Shown here piece after piece: positions 23,418 through 37,600 of a DNA stretch of 64,000 nucleotides. Each line of letters opens with the position of its first letter. The stretch's first letter is position 1. The notes below the pieces were generated by a model, which did no database searches, had not been told where the DNA came from, and saw nothing but the letters and a program-made list of their open reading frames with translations. Origin of the DNA: Octopus bimaculoides (lineage: Eukaryota); the NCBI RefSeq assembly GCF_001194135.2, contig NC_068982.1:161540799-161604798 (forward strand), read 5' to 3'. Both the position numbers and the translations under genes were made by a program.

Positions 23418-25199
23418 ACTCTAAATTATAGTAGGCTTCAAGTATTTTCTCCCTAACTTCAGTCTACTACAACAATAGCAGTAAGCATTGTAATTCTTTT
23501 ATTCTCTAGCTCTGATGAAAAATTTGCTAAAAAATTATAATGGAGTATCCTGTATGTTGAAAACCTATATGATCTTATGTCTCTGAGGAGAGCGGTTTAT
23601 TTCAAATTGATGTAATGCTTGCATTGATCAATTAAATGAAGCTGCTTGAAACGGCTGTAATGCACTAAGACCTGGACATCCTTGTTACTTATTTGCTTTA
23701 TATATATAGAGAGAGAGTGAGAGAGATCATCCTTATCACCTTCAACCATCATGTGACATATGCATAAGAGATTGTGTGATATCTATTTTACCCTATACAC
23801 TCTATCATTATCCATTCTGTACTTCCTTTCATTACTCCCTCGTCTCCAAGCCACTTTTTATTGATATCCACTTCTAATACTATTTCATCCCTTCATCTCC
23901 TCTATGACCCTCTCACTCAAATCTCTGCTTCTACCATTTCATTATTACTCTCTTAACCCACCCAACCTAGTTCTGTTATTTTTTGCTCTTTCCTTTCTAT
24001 TCATCTCTTCAGCCCTGAGTGAATGAATACATCACAGAAGAGTGAGGTCTCTAATTGCAGAGTACAAAGCAACAAGTATTGGTGTTACTATAAAATCTTT
24101 CCAGGATACTTTTTCAAGTGCCTTGGGAGAACTTTATAGTGGCACCAGTACCTCACTAGTGCTGGTATCATGATAAAATGCACTCTGTACACTATTAAGT
24201 GGTCTGTAATTGGAAGGGCAGCCAGCCATAGAAACCAAGCTAAAAATGAAACATGATTAATATTTGGTCCTCTGACCTGTCTAGAAGGACAGTAACTCTA
24301 AATAAATACAGACTCAGACTGTGATAATCCATCCAACTCATGCAATGTAAAAACAAACAAACATATGATGATTATGATTAATATGTACCCACATATGCAC
24401 ATATAATACACCTTATTAGTTTAATAACTGTAAGAATTGTAATATTTATTGTTGCCTGTTTCAAATTGTGGTTTCTTAAATCTGAATTACCATTTCTGTT
24501 TGTCTTGCTTCAAGATGCATTGTTTTGACGGAACCTCACAAGGGTGACCAAAGGTGTATGGATTCCTGGAATAACTTCTACCAACGTCTTCGGCAGTTAT
24601 TGCTACAATCTTTCAACAGGCACCTAAGTAAATATGAAGAAAACATGAGATCTTTGAGGGAAAGACGGAATGAACAGAAATGGAGCTTCTCTGAGTATTT
24701 TTTAGTTCAGGTAACTTAAATTCTGTAAGTCTTGATGTTAGGTGTTGCTATTTAGCTTCAAACCAGCCCTGATTGAACATATCTTTGACCTTATTTCTAA
24801 TGAAATATGTAGCCAAAGCAAAATTTTGAAGAATTTAGTAAAATAACTAATTTTGTCACTTATTGATTTATCGTTTAGAACATAACTTAACAGGTTCTTA
24901 CATAAAAGTATGATTTAAAGTGTTTTTGTATTAAAGATGGTTTGAGGCAGCTTAGTATCAAGAAAGTTAAGTAACACTTAAGCAATGAGTGTCTAATTCG
25001 AGACATTACAATGCTATTGCCCATCAAACAATAGATACTTGTTTCAGTCTTATTAATGGTTCTGTTCTTTTACTATTTGAGATTTGTATTCATGTCTTTT
25101 ACCGCAGATACATAATATTCAACTTTTGATTTAATTGTGTGTGAAATGAATAATTTTTTTTCGGTTTTGATCTATTTTAAATATATATATGTATATGTA

Positions 25200-25248
<49 letters not shown>

Positions 25249-28200
25249 TGTCTGTATTATAGTAAAATATTTTAAATATTTCAGGAAGAACTGGCTTTTA
25301 TGTTTGAAATGCTTGGAGTCTATGATGACAGTCTTCTGCAATATGATGAGTTAGATGCTTTGTTTACACAATTTTTGCTAAATCATGCCGCTGGAGGTAG
25401 GTTATCAAAATAAGTACCTATGATGGGTTTTTTAATCAGACAGTTTGCCTTAATTTATTTTATTGATAAGTTTTACTTCTACCTCGTAGTTCAGTGGTTA
25501 ACAGTAGAACTGTAAAAATTATTTGCATGTGATGAGATAGGATGGCTGTGAAGATAAGGGGCTGAAATATTGATCACATGATTAATAAGTTCAGATCTTA
25601 CTTCTGTCATTCTCTTTGTCTGTAGGCAAGGTGCCTAACTCTTTATTACTCCAGTTATGGGTAAACAAAAAAAACAAGGTTTACTTACTACTTCACAGCT
25701 GCATAGGAAGGACATCATTCCACTCTAAGAGCATCTTAGCTAACAAATAAAGGTGTAAGTATAAAAAGATTGATATAAAATAATTGATGCACAAAGCAAA
25801 GTTGCATAAAATGTAGTTGAGTGTTTTCCTTTAGACTTATGTGTTACACAAATGTTATACAATGACAAGTGATCTGACCACTTTGCTTCTTTTTCCAGAA
25901 ACTGTGGATTGGTTGACTCCATTCATTGAGCCATGTACAAAATGGGCTGGAATATCACTAAGTAAAGCTCTCAACTGGGACAAAAGAGATTTAATCAAAA
26001 TGAATAAAGCAAGTCTTTTAGAATTCCGCAATTATCTTTTTTCTCGACAATGTGCTTTACTGTCTCTACTGAATCGTCCATGGGAAATAGCAGAGAGAGC
26101 TGTTGCCTATCTCCACAATACTGTACAAGAAATGAAAACTTTAGAGGTATAGTTATTACTAATATACTTTCTTTTCACCTGGGCCTAAACAACTGCAATA
26201 ACATTTGTTTAGGCCCAAATTTGACCTGACCCAGAAGCTCTGTGATTAGCAATATTCCAGCCATGAACATTCTATCTTATCTTTAGACAATCTCTTTAAG
26301 ACCACATCAGTAATGTTTTTCCTTTATTAAGACAATAGAGTGCGATTTGAAGGATATCTATCTGCTATTTCTAGCAGGATCAATGACTGTATATGTCTCC
26401 CCATTCTCCCAGTTGGCAAGAAATAAGTTGGGTCTTTTCTACTGATTGTTTTCTGGAGCTAAAACAACAAAGAATATATCTTACATGAAAACACTTTGCT
26501 AAATTTTATAGCTTTCTTGTTTAACATTTCAATTTAAAAGTTTACTGAAAGTAAACATTATTTTCTGATGTAAGACTTATAAGGTTTTATTACAGGGAGG
26601 CTACAATCAGTTAAATCAATATGTCATGATTTTATAGGGAATATAGTAAGACAAAATGTTGTAAAATTGTTCTTACAGAGTGTTTTTATGTGTTAGAAAT
26701 TTGTACTGATGGTGAATACAGCTGAGTCACTTGTTACAAAGTAGTTGTAGTGGACTGTAGTAACCTTCAAAATTTCTAATGTTATCTGATGCCTTAAGGA
26801 ACTTGCCAACTTGCCACAAAGAAGAGATTGAAGTCGTCTAGCTTATCCTCTGCATCCATCCTCACCAACCAAACAAGATTAATCCAGACTCACTGTTATT
26901 TTTATTTTTATTTGTTTTATCTTTTATTGTTGTTGTCATTTCAGATTGAAATGCCAGAAGGTTCCCTTGCATGTTGGGTGTTTCTTAGTTGTCTTGAGGT
27001 GCTACATACCAGTGACAAACTCAACAATTCTACTGAAAAACTTAATAGCCATTCCCTGTATACTGCTAGTCTATGGGATTATGCTCGAAAAAAAGTAAGT
27101 GTTGGTTTTTTGTTCTGAATGATTTACAATTACATATGTAACATCAGTAGAATAATGTATGTTATATACCAGAATTATCTTCTGGTAGAATTGTTAGCAT
27201 ACCTGGCAAAATGCTTAGTGACATTTTGTCCATCTTTACATTCTGAGTTCAAATCCTACTAAGGTCGACTTTGCCTTTCATCCTTTCAAGGTCTATAAAA
27301 TAAGTTCCAATTGAGTTAGGGGTGGGTTGATGTAATCAAATTATCCTTTCTCCAAAATTGCTGGCATTGTGCCAAAATTCAAAACCAATATATTAGGATT
27401 ATCTTAGAGAGTAATATAATAGATATACATTTGCTTATCTAGTAACATATAATAAATAACAACTTACTAATATACTAAGATATTTGCTAATGTGCTTTCT
27501 AAAATGGCAATTATAAATATTATATATAGGATACACCTAATAATATAGTGACATATATATCTCTAATATAGTGATATATAAAACATTCATTAATGCAGCG
27601 GTATATATGACATATGTTCACACACATATACACATATGACAGGCATCCTGTAGTTTTTGTCTGCCAATTCCATTCACATAGCATTGGTTGACCCGAGGCT
27701 ATAATGAAAGATGCCACACAATGAGACTGAATTCAAAACACTGTGGTTTCCAAGTAGACTGGGTAATCACACAGCCATGCCTGCACCTGTTATGTGTGTC
27801 TCCTGCCCTCTATGTGAATGTTTATGTTGTATCCCTTTATGTTTCATGACATAGCAGTTTGTTTGACAGATTAGATGAAACCTCTGATAAGTGCGAAGCT
27901 AAAATAATTATTGGGTTGATATGAAGGCATGGCTGCAGTCCAATGACTGGAACCAGTTTGTGTGTGTGTACGTACACATTGATATTGACATTCCATAGCT
28001 TTGCATGTTATCATCTGAGTGACATAGCCATAATGATTATATTCCTTGTTGACATTACAACAGGTCTCTCTGAACAGAATGTGCTAGGTGCAGTTTATCA
28101 TGATGTCATCACTAGAAAAGATTGGGGTGGATATGAAGAAGTGGGACTCCTTATAACCATAACTCTCTCATTTCACCATTTATGGTGAGGTGAGAGAGTG

Positions 28201-28622
28201 ATGGATGCTGGTATCAGATGGCCAATGGAGAGTATAGGTTAAGTGTATGAGAGACAGGCCAGTTTTATGAGGTCTCTTAAATATATACCTAAAGATGGTA
28301 ATAAAGCTAGGTTGATAAGAATGAAGGGAGAAGATGTGGTGTGTTGGAGAGAGGGTTAGATAGGTCTCATGGCATCCTTAGTAACACTAGAAGCAACATC
28401 TAATGAACTGAGCTGAAGAACTCCACTACTGTCCTTTGTCACATCAGCAGCATACATACATTCATATATCATCATCATAATTGTTTACTGTTTATTTAAG
28501 AGGTTCATTTTGCTTCACAATTCCATGTTTCTGGATTTGATCCAGTGCATTGCATTGTTGGAAAGTATCTTCTACTATAGTTGTGGTTTGGCTACTACTT
28601 TGCAATTTTGCTCTGTGTGTGT

Positions 28623-28659
<37 letters not shown>

Positions 28660-31600
28660 CATGCATGCATAGCCATTTATTATCTAAAACTGAGGTTGGA
28701 ATAACTAAGAAAAAATTTGGGGATCAAATTGCAGTTTTGGTTGTAATATTAAAAGACTGAATCAAAACAAATAACATACAAAAACATATACATGTAGTAT
28801 AAAATTTTTAAAATGATGTTCAGTTGGACTGTGTATGTATATTCTGTAAATGTTGAAGTTTGTGTAGTCATTGCTATAGTCTCCAGCAATTGTAGCATAA
28901 ATTATACACAGAATAACAAACTGTTTGTATTGCAGTTAAAAGAACTTGGTGTGTTGTGTGGTTTGATGCCAGAGGTTTCATCTAATCCAACTTCTGAACA
29001 ACTCAATAAAGTGGTGGACCTTCTGTTTGGGATGGGAATCAATGAGGAAGAAGGTGAGTGGATGTCATTGATCAGGGTATCAGTTTGATTGGAAGGAGTA
29101 ATGGTTACATATTATCATCACATTTATCATCATTATTGCATGTTAATCATCAAATTTATCTTTCATCATCAGATTTGTCATCATTATCATCACATTTATC
29201 TTCATCAGTACATTTAGCATCATCTTCACACTTAGTATCATTATCACATTTGTCATCATTATAATTGCCATCACATCGTCATCTTCATTACATTTGCCTT
29301 CATCATCAGATTTGTCATTGTCAATATAAGGTTTCATCAATCTATTTTTATATCATTTTTGTCTTAACATGAATTATGTAATTATTATTATTATTTTTAT
29401 TCTTACATTATCATCATCATTGATCACCTTTATCATCATTATCATTAACAACAACATTGCCATCATTGTTGCTATCGACAATCTTGCAACATTATTGTCA
29501 TTATCATTCCTTCCAACACCAACATACGTAACATCAGCATCATGTTACCAGTGCTGATACAAGGTCAGCTTCTTATTATTCTGAGCAGCTGAAAAATATG
29601 ATTGCTTGAGTGGGTTACAAACCAGAGCAAGTAAACAATGTTGATGAAACCACTTTCCAAGAAGATTACACCTGCTACAAAAGTTATTTCTTGAGAAGAA
29701 AAAATCAACACCAAGGTTTAAAGCTTTCAAAATTGCCTGATGCTTCTTGTGGTAGGAAATGCCACTGGTGGTATAACATTAGAGTTCTTATTTGTATATT
29801 ATTGAAAATCCAAGGGATTTCAAGGGTTATGCAAAGTTTAATTTGCCTCTGATTTGTTGTTCAAATAAGAAAGCATAGACAATTAAGTACTTTTTTGAAG
29901 AGTGGTATATAAACATTTTTTTCATTCTGCTGTAGAAAAGTACAGCTGGATAGTTCCTGCTACAAAATATGTATTTATGTGACTAGATTGTTTGTGGGAT
30001 CTATGCAGGACAACCATCTATTCTTAGCTACAGCTAGGCAGACTGTATCTCACTCTGGTACCTACTTGACTGTGAGTCTTTATTTGCATCTGAGTGAACT
30101 GTAACTTACTGTGATATCTACTTACAGCCTTGTAGATTATACCTGTATTGTGAACTGTACCTCATTGTGATACTTATGGCAAGGTCATATGACTGAAATG
30201 TTACCTGGAGTTGTCTCCTTTACTTACTGAACTAATGAAAATAATAATATTCATGAATGATTAATATTTATTTTTCTTTACAGAATTATTTCTAGTAAAC
30301 TTTTTAATGCTCCCTGCATTAAATACATTACAATTAATTTCACCATTGATTTTCATGTAGATGACTTCTATGAGTAATATTGATGAAATTGTGTTTGTAA
30401 GTTGCGAGATGTTTAAAATGCTCAGTTTTCTAATCAGCTTTGACTGCACATTGTCTTTGTCTCTTCTAGCATCTACTACAGGATCTCCTCGACCTATTGA
30501 TAGACTCCGTGAAGCTCTATCGTCAAGGCAGTCCTTTCAGCGACACTACTTGGTAAATCTGTTTTACTTGTTTCAAATATTGTTATGTAGATGAATAAAA
30601 AGTATAGCAGTTGTATAGTTTCTGGTATTTGGCTGAGGATTGAGTGTGACCAACAGATCTATTGTTCCAGTTTTATCACATGTCTGCCTAGCTGAGAACC
30701 ATATCACACACTTTGACATGCACTGTATAGGATGCAGTGTGACAGTCTGAGCATTATGTATTTTCAATATGTACCAGTAATATACAGAGGTGGAATCATT
30801 TGAATCATTTTAGAGCACTGCTCTTACGATTTGTCAAAAACAGAAAATATTTTATTTAAACTACATGTAGATTTGTGTGCATGTTAAAATAGCACTTATG
30901 GACAGTATACAGTGCTGGTGAATGTATGTATATTCTATGGTCTCATGTGCAGTCTATGTACAGTCTATGGTCTCATGTACAATCTCATTTCTTGGACTGG
31001 AAACTTTCTTTTAGACTGCATTATCATGGCATCATGTATCAACAATGTGCTCTCCATTCCACACTCTATCAAATGATGTAATCCAAGATTCAGTAATGTC
31101 TCTTACACTCTTCTTTCTGTACCTTCTGACTTTCATTTCTATCAAAACATGCTTCTCTGCAGCCAAAACTATTTGCCCCTACTCTTTAACATTCCATGCA
31201 TGTGTGTTACTTAAATACAAATTGAAGACTTAATTCTAGGCAAACACTGATTTGATGAATAGAGACCTTGAGATTATTCCTTAGTTGGGAGACAACAATC
31301 TTGTCTCTTTCAACAGTATATATACACAATACATGTATCAAAGAAGTAGTCCTCCATTAGAGACTTTTCATAACTATCGTTTTTCAGATCATTGCAGCAT
31401 TATTTAGAAGGAAAACAGTTTATTAATTGTGAAGAGGTTAAAAATGCTATTGTGTTTCTTTGCTTAGACAATATAAAAATATGCCACACCTAACTAGTGA
31501 CCCCTTGTAATCTGACATATATGGGTTGTGGGTGCTAAAATGTTCCTGGCTTTAAAGGTATCATGAAAGACTTGGTTGGAAGCCCAGCTAAGTTTTTTTA

Positions 31601-34600
31601 CAGGGCTTAGAAAAACTGAAGGACCACTGCAATAAGTGTGTGAATCTGAGAGGGGAACATGTTGACTAAAATCATAATTGACCGGTCCTTCTGCATTTTC
31701 TTTTACCCAAAGCCAGGAACTTTTCAGTGCTGCCTTGTATAATATTGACAAAACTATATCAGAAAGACTAGGATTTCTCTTGAGAGCCAGAAAATACTTG
31801 AGAACTGATCAGTTGCTAACATTTTACGAAGCTTAAGCAAACCTTCCATTAAACTACTACTCACATGTATAAGACAGTGTTGCTGTTACATATACACAAA
31901 CATTGGTCACTTCTAGAAGGTGGTCATGTTTCTCATATCTGCATACCTTCTCTACCCAGCTTCACCTATTTCACTTGTGTTTTACTCTTCTCACCTCCTG
32001 AGATTCTGCACTAAACCTTTCACCCAATCTATATTTCTCTTGACTGTAGTCCTCTGTATTTCTCTCTCTATCCATATTTTATTTGTAGATATTAACCTTT
32101 AGACGTCCAACTATATCAATTTCACCTTTACAACTCCTCTTCTATCTGTTCTTATGTACTGTCCTCTGTCCCTCTATTTGTTTCTCTTTTGCTCTCTCTG
32201 TGCAATATTTAATACTTCCTTCTCACCCTCTCTGTCAGTAGTGTCTATTGTTTTTTTGTTTTTAGAATTGACCAGAAACTATATGAATATGTAATATATG
32301 TATTTTCATATTTAGGATCTCTCTGAACTGGCTATGGGAACCTACAAACATATAGGTAGAATGCGGTCTGCCAGGATCATAGGCCAGGATGTTGCCGAAT
32401 TTTACATGTAAGAATGTTTTCTTAAAGTATTTCTTTACACCAAATATTTTATTTTTTTAATTTTTAATAACTGAACCAGAGGAAAACTGCTCAGAACATA
32501 CAACTCTTTTCTGGATCTCTGTGACTGGTAGTAATTAGGGAGGAAGTCGTCTTTAGCTTTGAGAGCTAGCCTGGATGCTTACAACAGAGTCAACTCCACT
32601 AAAACACCCAAGGTTTAGTGGGTGGAGTTAAACTGGGTGGTGAATTTAAGTCTTCTGTCAAAGAACAGGAATGGACCCTCTGAAAGACTTCCACACAGTT
32701 TTCACAAACCAAATTTTACCTACAAGTCTTTGGTTGGCCTGAAGCTATGGAAGAAGATACATGCCCAAGGTGCTGTACAGCAGAGTCAGACTCACAATTA
32801 CATAATTGCGAATTCCCTTGATTTCACTCATTGTTATTGTTGTTTAACTCCACATCAGTGCTATAAATGACCATCCTGGTCTTTTATTCGGCTGTTACTA
32901 AATCTAAAACTACATTGTCCTATGAGATTTTCTTTTTTCAAGATGGTAAGATGAAATTTGAGAGAGATTGGCTAGTTTCACCAATCTTTACAATGAGTCT
33001 GTTAATGAAGGAGCCTCTACATATTAACTTGGCTTGTTAGAAATAGCAAACAAATCTCCCTCAACTCAAATAAGAACTGGCTTGGACTATGATGACCTTT
33101 CCATTATACTAGCATGAAAAGCAGATGTAAAATGATTATGATATATATATATATATATATATGTATATAGATATATCAATTAGAAAATGGAGGATAATAT
33201 GCTGAACCCAACGACTTGCAGACACTGTATCCCGTTGAATTCATTAATTTAATTCATAGCTAAAGTGACAAAAAACCCCACAAAGTACAGGTGTTTATGA
33301 CAAACCATGTTATTTTGACAACCGGGTTTACAGATAAAAGTACAAAGTACATAAGGAATTAGAGAATGAACAAAAGTTTAATCTTACAGCTGTTTCGGCC
33401 TAGCTTTGGCATGCCCCATTCTATCCGAATAGTTCCTGCCGGAGTGATTATTGGATGAAATGTTGAATTGGGGGTACATGCACGATTCGCTAGGCCTCTT
33501 CAGAGATTCACAAAGAATTTCATACAAATATAGAGTAAGAGGTAAAAACAAAGGTGAAATAGAAACAAGAACAAAAACAAAAGCAAAAATAAAATAAAAA
33601 TACTGGCTACGACCACGCTTGAATTGTGCTTTTTACATGCCACCGGCACGGGACCAGTCAGCCATCTGTTGAAATGAGATGTCAGTGTTATTTTCATTTT
33701 TGTGTAATTTAGATGACAGTTTATTCACTGCACTCTGTATATATACACACATACACACTTGTTACATGTTTAATACATACTGACTACACTACACATTTTT
33801 TATTTCTTTTATTCTTTTACTGGTTTTATTCATTAGACTGACCATTAGACGTATCTCCTTGAAAGGTTTTGATCTATTATATCGACCCTAGCACTGGTCA
33901 ATATAATCAGCCTATAACTCTGCATTTATTTGCGCAGTATGCACAAACTAACACACGCATATACATAGTCGTTTCCATTTACCAATTCTCTCCTAAAGTA
34001 TCGGTCAATCTAAAGACACTTGCCAAGGTGCTATGCAGTGGGATTGAACCCAAACCTCCTGGTTGCAAAATGAAGCTCAATCACATGACTACCTTAATTT
34101 ATGGAATTAATTGTCATATATGTATATATATATATTTATCTCACATGTTTTATAATAAAAAATATCACATTATTTCATGCTGTTTACTTTCCATGTTTTC
34201 ATAGGAAACAAGAAAGCCCCCAGAAAGCAGAAGGATTTCTCTTGGATGCCATGAAAATGTATAAACAGGAAGGCTGGGATATTCTTAGTGACGGTATTGC
34301 AGTACTTCTTGCTCAATGTCAGAAGAAACTCAGTAATCCTCTTAAGTATCCTTTTGTCACAATCTGTTTGTTTTTTTTTGGTTAAGGGGGGAAAAGTTGC
34401 TCCCATCACCTTTGCAGGCTCTCTGACACTGGCCAGAATGATGTGATGGATGTTCAGCTGTAACAGCTACAAGTTATTATTTGCTGGCAAAACATTGATG
34501 GGAATGGGAATTCCACAGACATTTAAAGAAGGAAGAATTGTATGTAGTAGGTAGTGTACAACTTAAGGGGAGACACAGAGTGATTGATGAGAAGAGAGAT

Positions 34601-37600
34601 ATATGAATTGGGTGTAGTTGGGTAGAGGTAGCATGCAGCATACATATACAAACACGTGTGTGTGTGTATGCGCGCACACATACACGTACACACACTCGCA
34701 CGCACACATGTACATACACTAAGAACAAAACAAGGTTTCTTGATGTACTTGAGTTTGTTCAGCAAGTGCTCTGACCAGATCATATAGTTCTCCTGATTTT
34801 TGGTGGACAAGAACTACCCTCTCCTTATCATGTAGAACTTGTATCTGATCTTATGCATCTGATGGTGGATTCCAACATATGATCTCCTCAGTGATGGCCC
34901 ATATCAACTTGATAGAGTTATTGATTATGCTCTGGATTTACTGGTTGAATTTGGTTGTCCTAACAATGTCTGACTATTGAAAACTGTTTCTTTCTCTTGG
35001 ATATAAGTGACATACTCTTCCAGAAGCCTCAAGCTCTTTTTTGATCCTGAACACAAAGGACCCAGCTACATTAAAAAAGCTGGTGATCTCTGAGTTTTTG
35101 TGACTAGTAGCTAGAGCCATTTTCTGTATCATATTGGAATCTGATATATTAATGCTATTCATATGTCTGAAAGGGAATGAGAAAGTTGAAATTTGGTGCA
35201 TGCCCCATAACATTATGTTAAGTCATCTTCCAGTAGTGTTCCACATAAATTGCGGTCAAAAATACCTAGTGCTCACACACACACTCAGACTTAGTGCACA
35301 CACTCACACACTTCATTTGAAGCTTATGACTCACTCTGTTGTTACTCAGGTTATTGTAATATAACATGAAACTTTGAGTAGTGATATGATGAACCATTAG
35401 TTTCTTATGACATTGAGCCAGAGGTGCTGTGACACCATTATCAAGAATATTCAGCTTGCTTGTTTATACAGTAAATAAACTTGACTACAAGTATTGAGTA
35501 CTATAGCTTTTTTTCTTCTAGATCCAAATGTGTGCGTGTGTGTGTGTTTGTAAGTTACCTTTCATTTGACAAAGGAATGGTAAATATATATATCAGTAAT
35601 ATACTGAGGTCAAATTTGTCTTGCTTGGCAGAAAACAAAAAAATCAAGCTTTTGCTTAATCAAAAGAATTGAATAAAATGATTGTTAAACTTGTAATTAT
35701 TTTGATTCCTGATCAGTATCTCTAGATATGCCAAAACTGCCTGCTACATTGTGTGTAGTAAAAATCTTTCACATTCCGAACGTTGTTACTATTTGGATGA
35801 ATTGATCCAACTTAGCAGAAGTGATGACGGTAAGTCTGTTAAATACCTGTTAATCTCCTTATATTTACTGCAGTATTAATTTGTTTATGTTGTATTGCCT
35901 TCTTTCTTTAATGTGTTTTGTAGTGTGTCTATTTTACTGAAATTTTAAAAAAAGTACCATGTTTGCAACTTAAATTCTTACAAATAACTCTGGATATATA
36001 ACATAATAGATATATCATGGGGAAGATATGACACAGGAGGTAAAATCTTCTAGAAGACACAATGATTTCAATCAGTTTTATGAGTGGTGGTGGTGGGTGA
36101 ATGGGGGAATGAGAAACTAATGAGTGTTTTTTTATCCCCTCTCTCATGAACAATTTTCTTATATATATTGCAAATATATTCCAATTAATTTTCAAAATAA
36201 CCATGAATGTGGAGAGATTTAGTAAAATAATTAGCACTTTCATTATTAAATTAGTATTTTGGAATATAGATTAGTAAAAGTCACTTCCTTAAAATTATGA
36301 TGGGAAGTTATTTAAATTTAAACATAAACAATTTAAAATAGAAGGCTTTATGTTGTGGAACTTGTCTCTGGATGTTTGATATCAAAACACCTGAAATTTC
36401 AAAATTTCTAAAACATGTTCCTCTTCTCAAAGGCAGTAAAACTGCCATATTGGTTGATCTGTATTGTGTGTGTGTAATTAATAATCTGGTCCTAATCTAC
36501 AAAACTATAAATACTGTTGGTTCCTTCTTATTTGGTTAACTCCTTTCAATATTCTTATAGAATAAAAGAATATTGGAATGATATTGAAAAGGTTTTTAAT
36601 AGAAACTTCTTCAATTTTTAGTATTACTTAAGTTAGAGTATTGAAGAAAAGATGGTAAGAACATTATAGTCACACTGTATGGAATACACTGCAGCCAGAA
36701 GACATTATAAAGTTAAGGATTTCAAAATGAACTGAAATCATTTTTTTTTTCCTTCATTAACTCTGAATATTATTTTCTAAACCTGTAATAATTTCTATTT
36801 AGTATTATCTGTAATTAAACAGCATTCTGACACCATTACTGGATTGACAGGGCAGTAGCTGTGTACTATAAAAGCTCTCTCTCTATTTCTCTCTCTCTCT
36901 CTCTCTCTCTTAGTTTAACAATATTCTCTTGTCTTAAAATTATTCCAGATCGTCTACTAATCTGTAGTCACCCAACATTTTCACATATTATCTTCTATTC
37001 TTCTTTCAAGGTAACTCACTCTATATTCAGACCAATCCAGCATTTTCCGTCGATAACATTGTCCTTAATACTCCAGTTGCCACATTCCAGGATGAGATGA
37101 GTATAGAACTGGAAATTTTCAGTAACTTGCCAAGAGAAGTGTCCATCAGCCAGATATCTCTCGGTTTCTCACATGAGGCCAGTGAAGGGAGTCAGAAGCG
37201 TAGTCTTTCCAGACAGCCTAGCTTATATGGAACTGTAGATGAACCTGTAATGAATTTCCAAACTATTAGACCTCAGTTGCCTTCCAAAATCAATGTTGTA
37301 TCAGCTACTGATGTAAAACAAGAGAAATTGCAATCAAGCAGCATTATATGTACTAATACCAATGAACTTTTGAAACGAGCTGATAGTATCCAAGGCCCTG
37401 TTTCTGATTCAATTTATAAACTGAACTACAAACTCAGTTTAACTGCCAAAGATGTATTAATAAAACCTGGTGTTAATCTAGTCACAGTAAAGAGTCAAGT
37501 TGATGTGAGTTTCCTTTTCAATTTTTATATATATATCTAAACACATTGTGTATCCATGGTAGTCAGTTATCTTAAGGGAAACAAATCCTTCTAGATTAAG

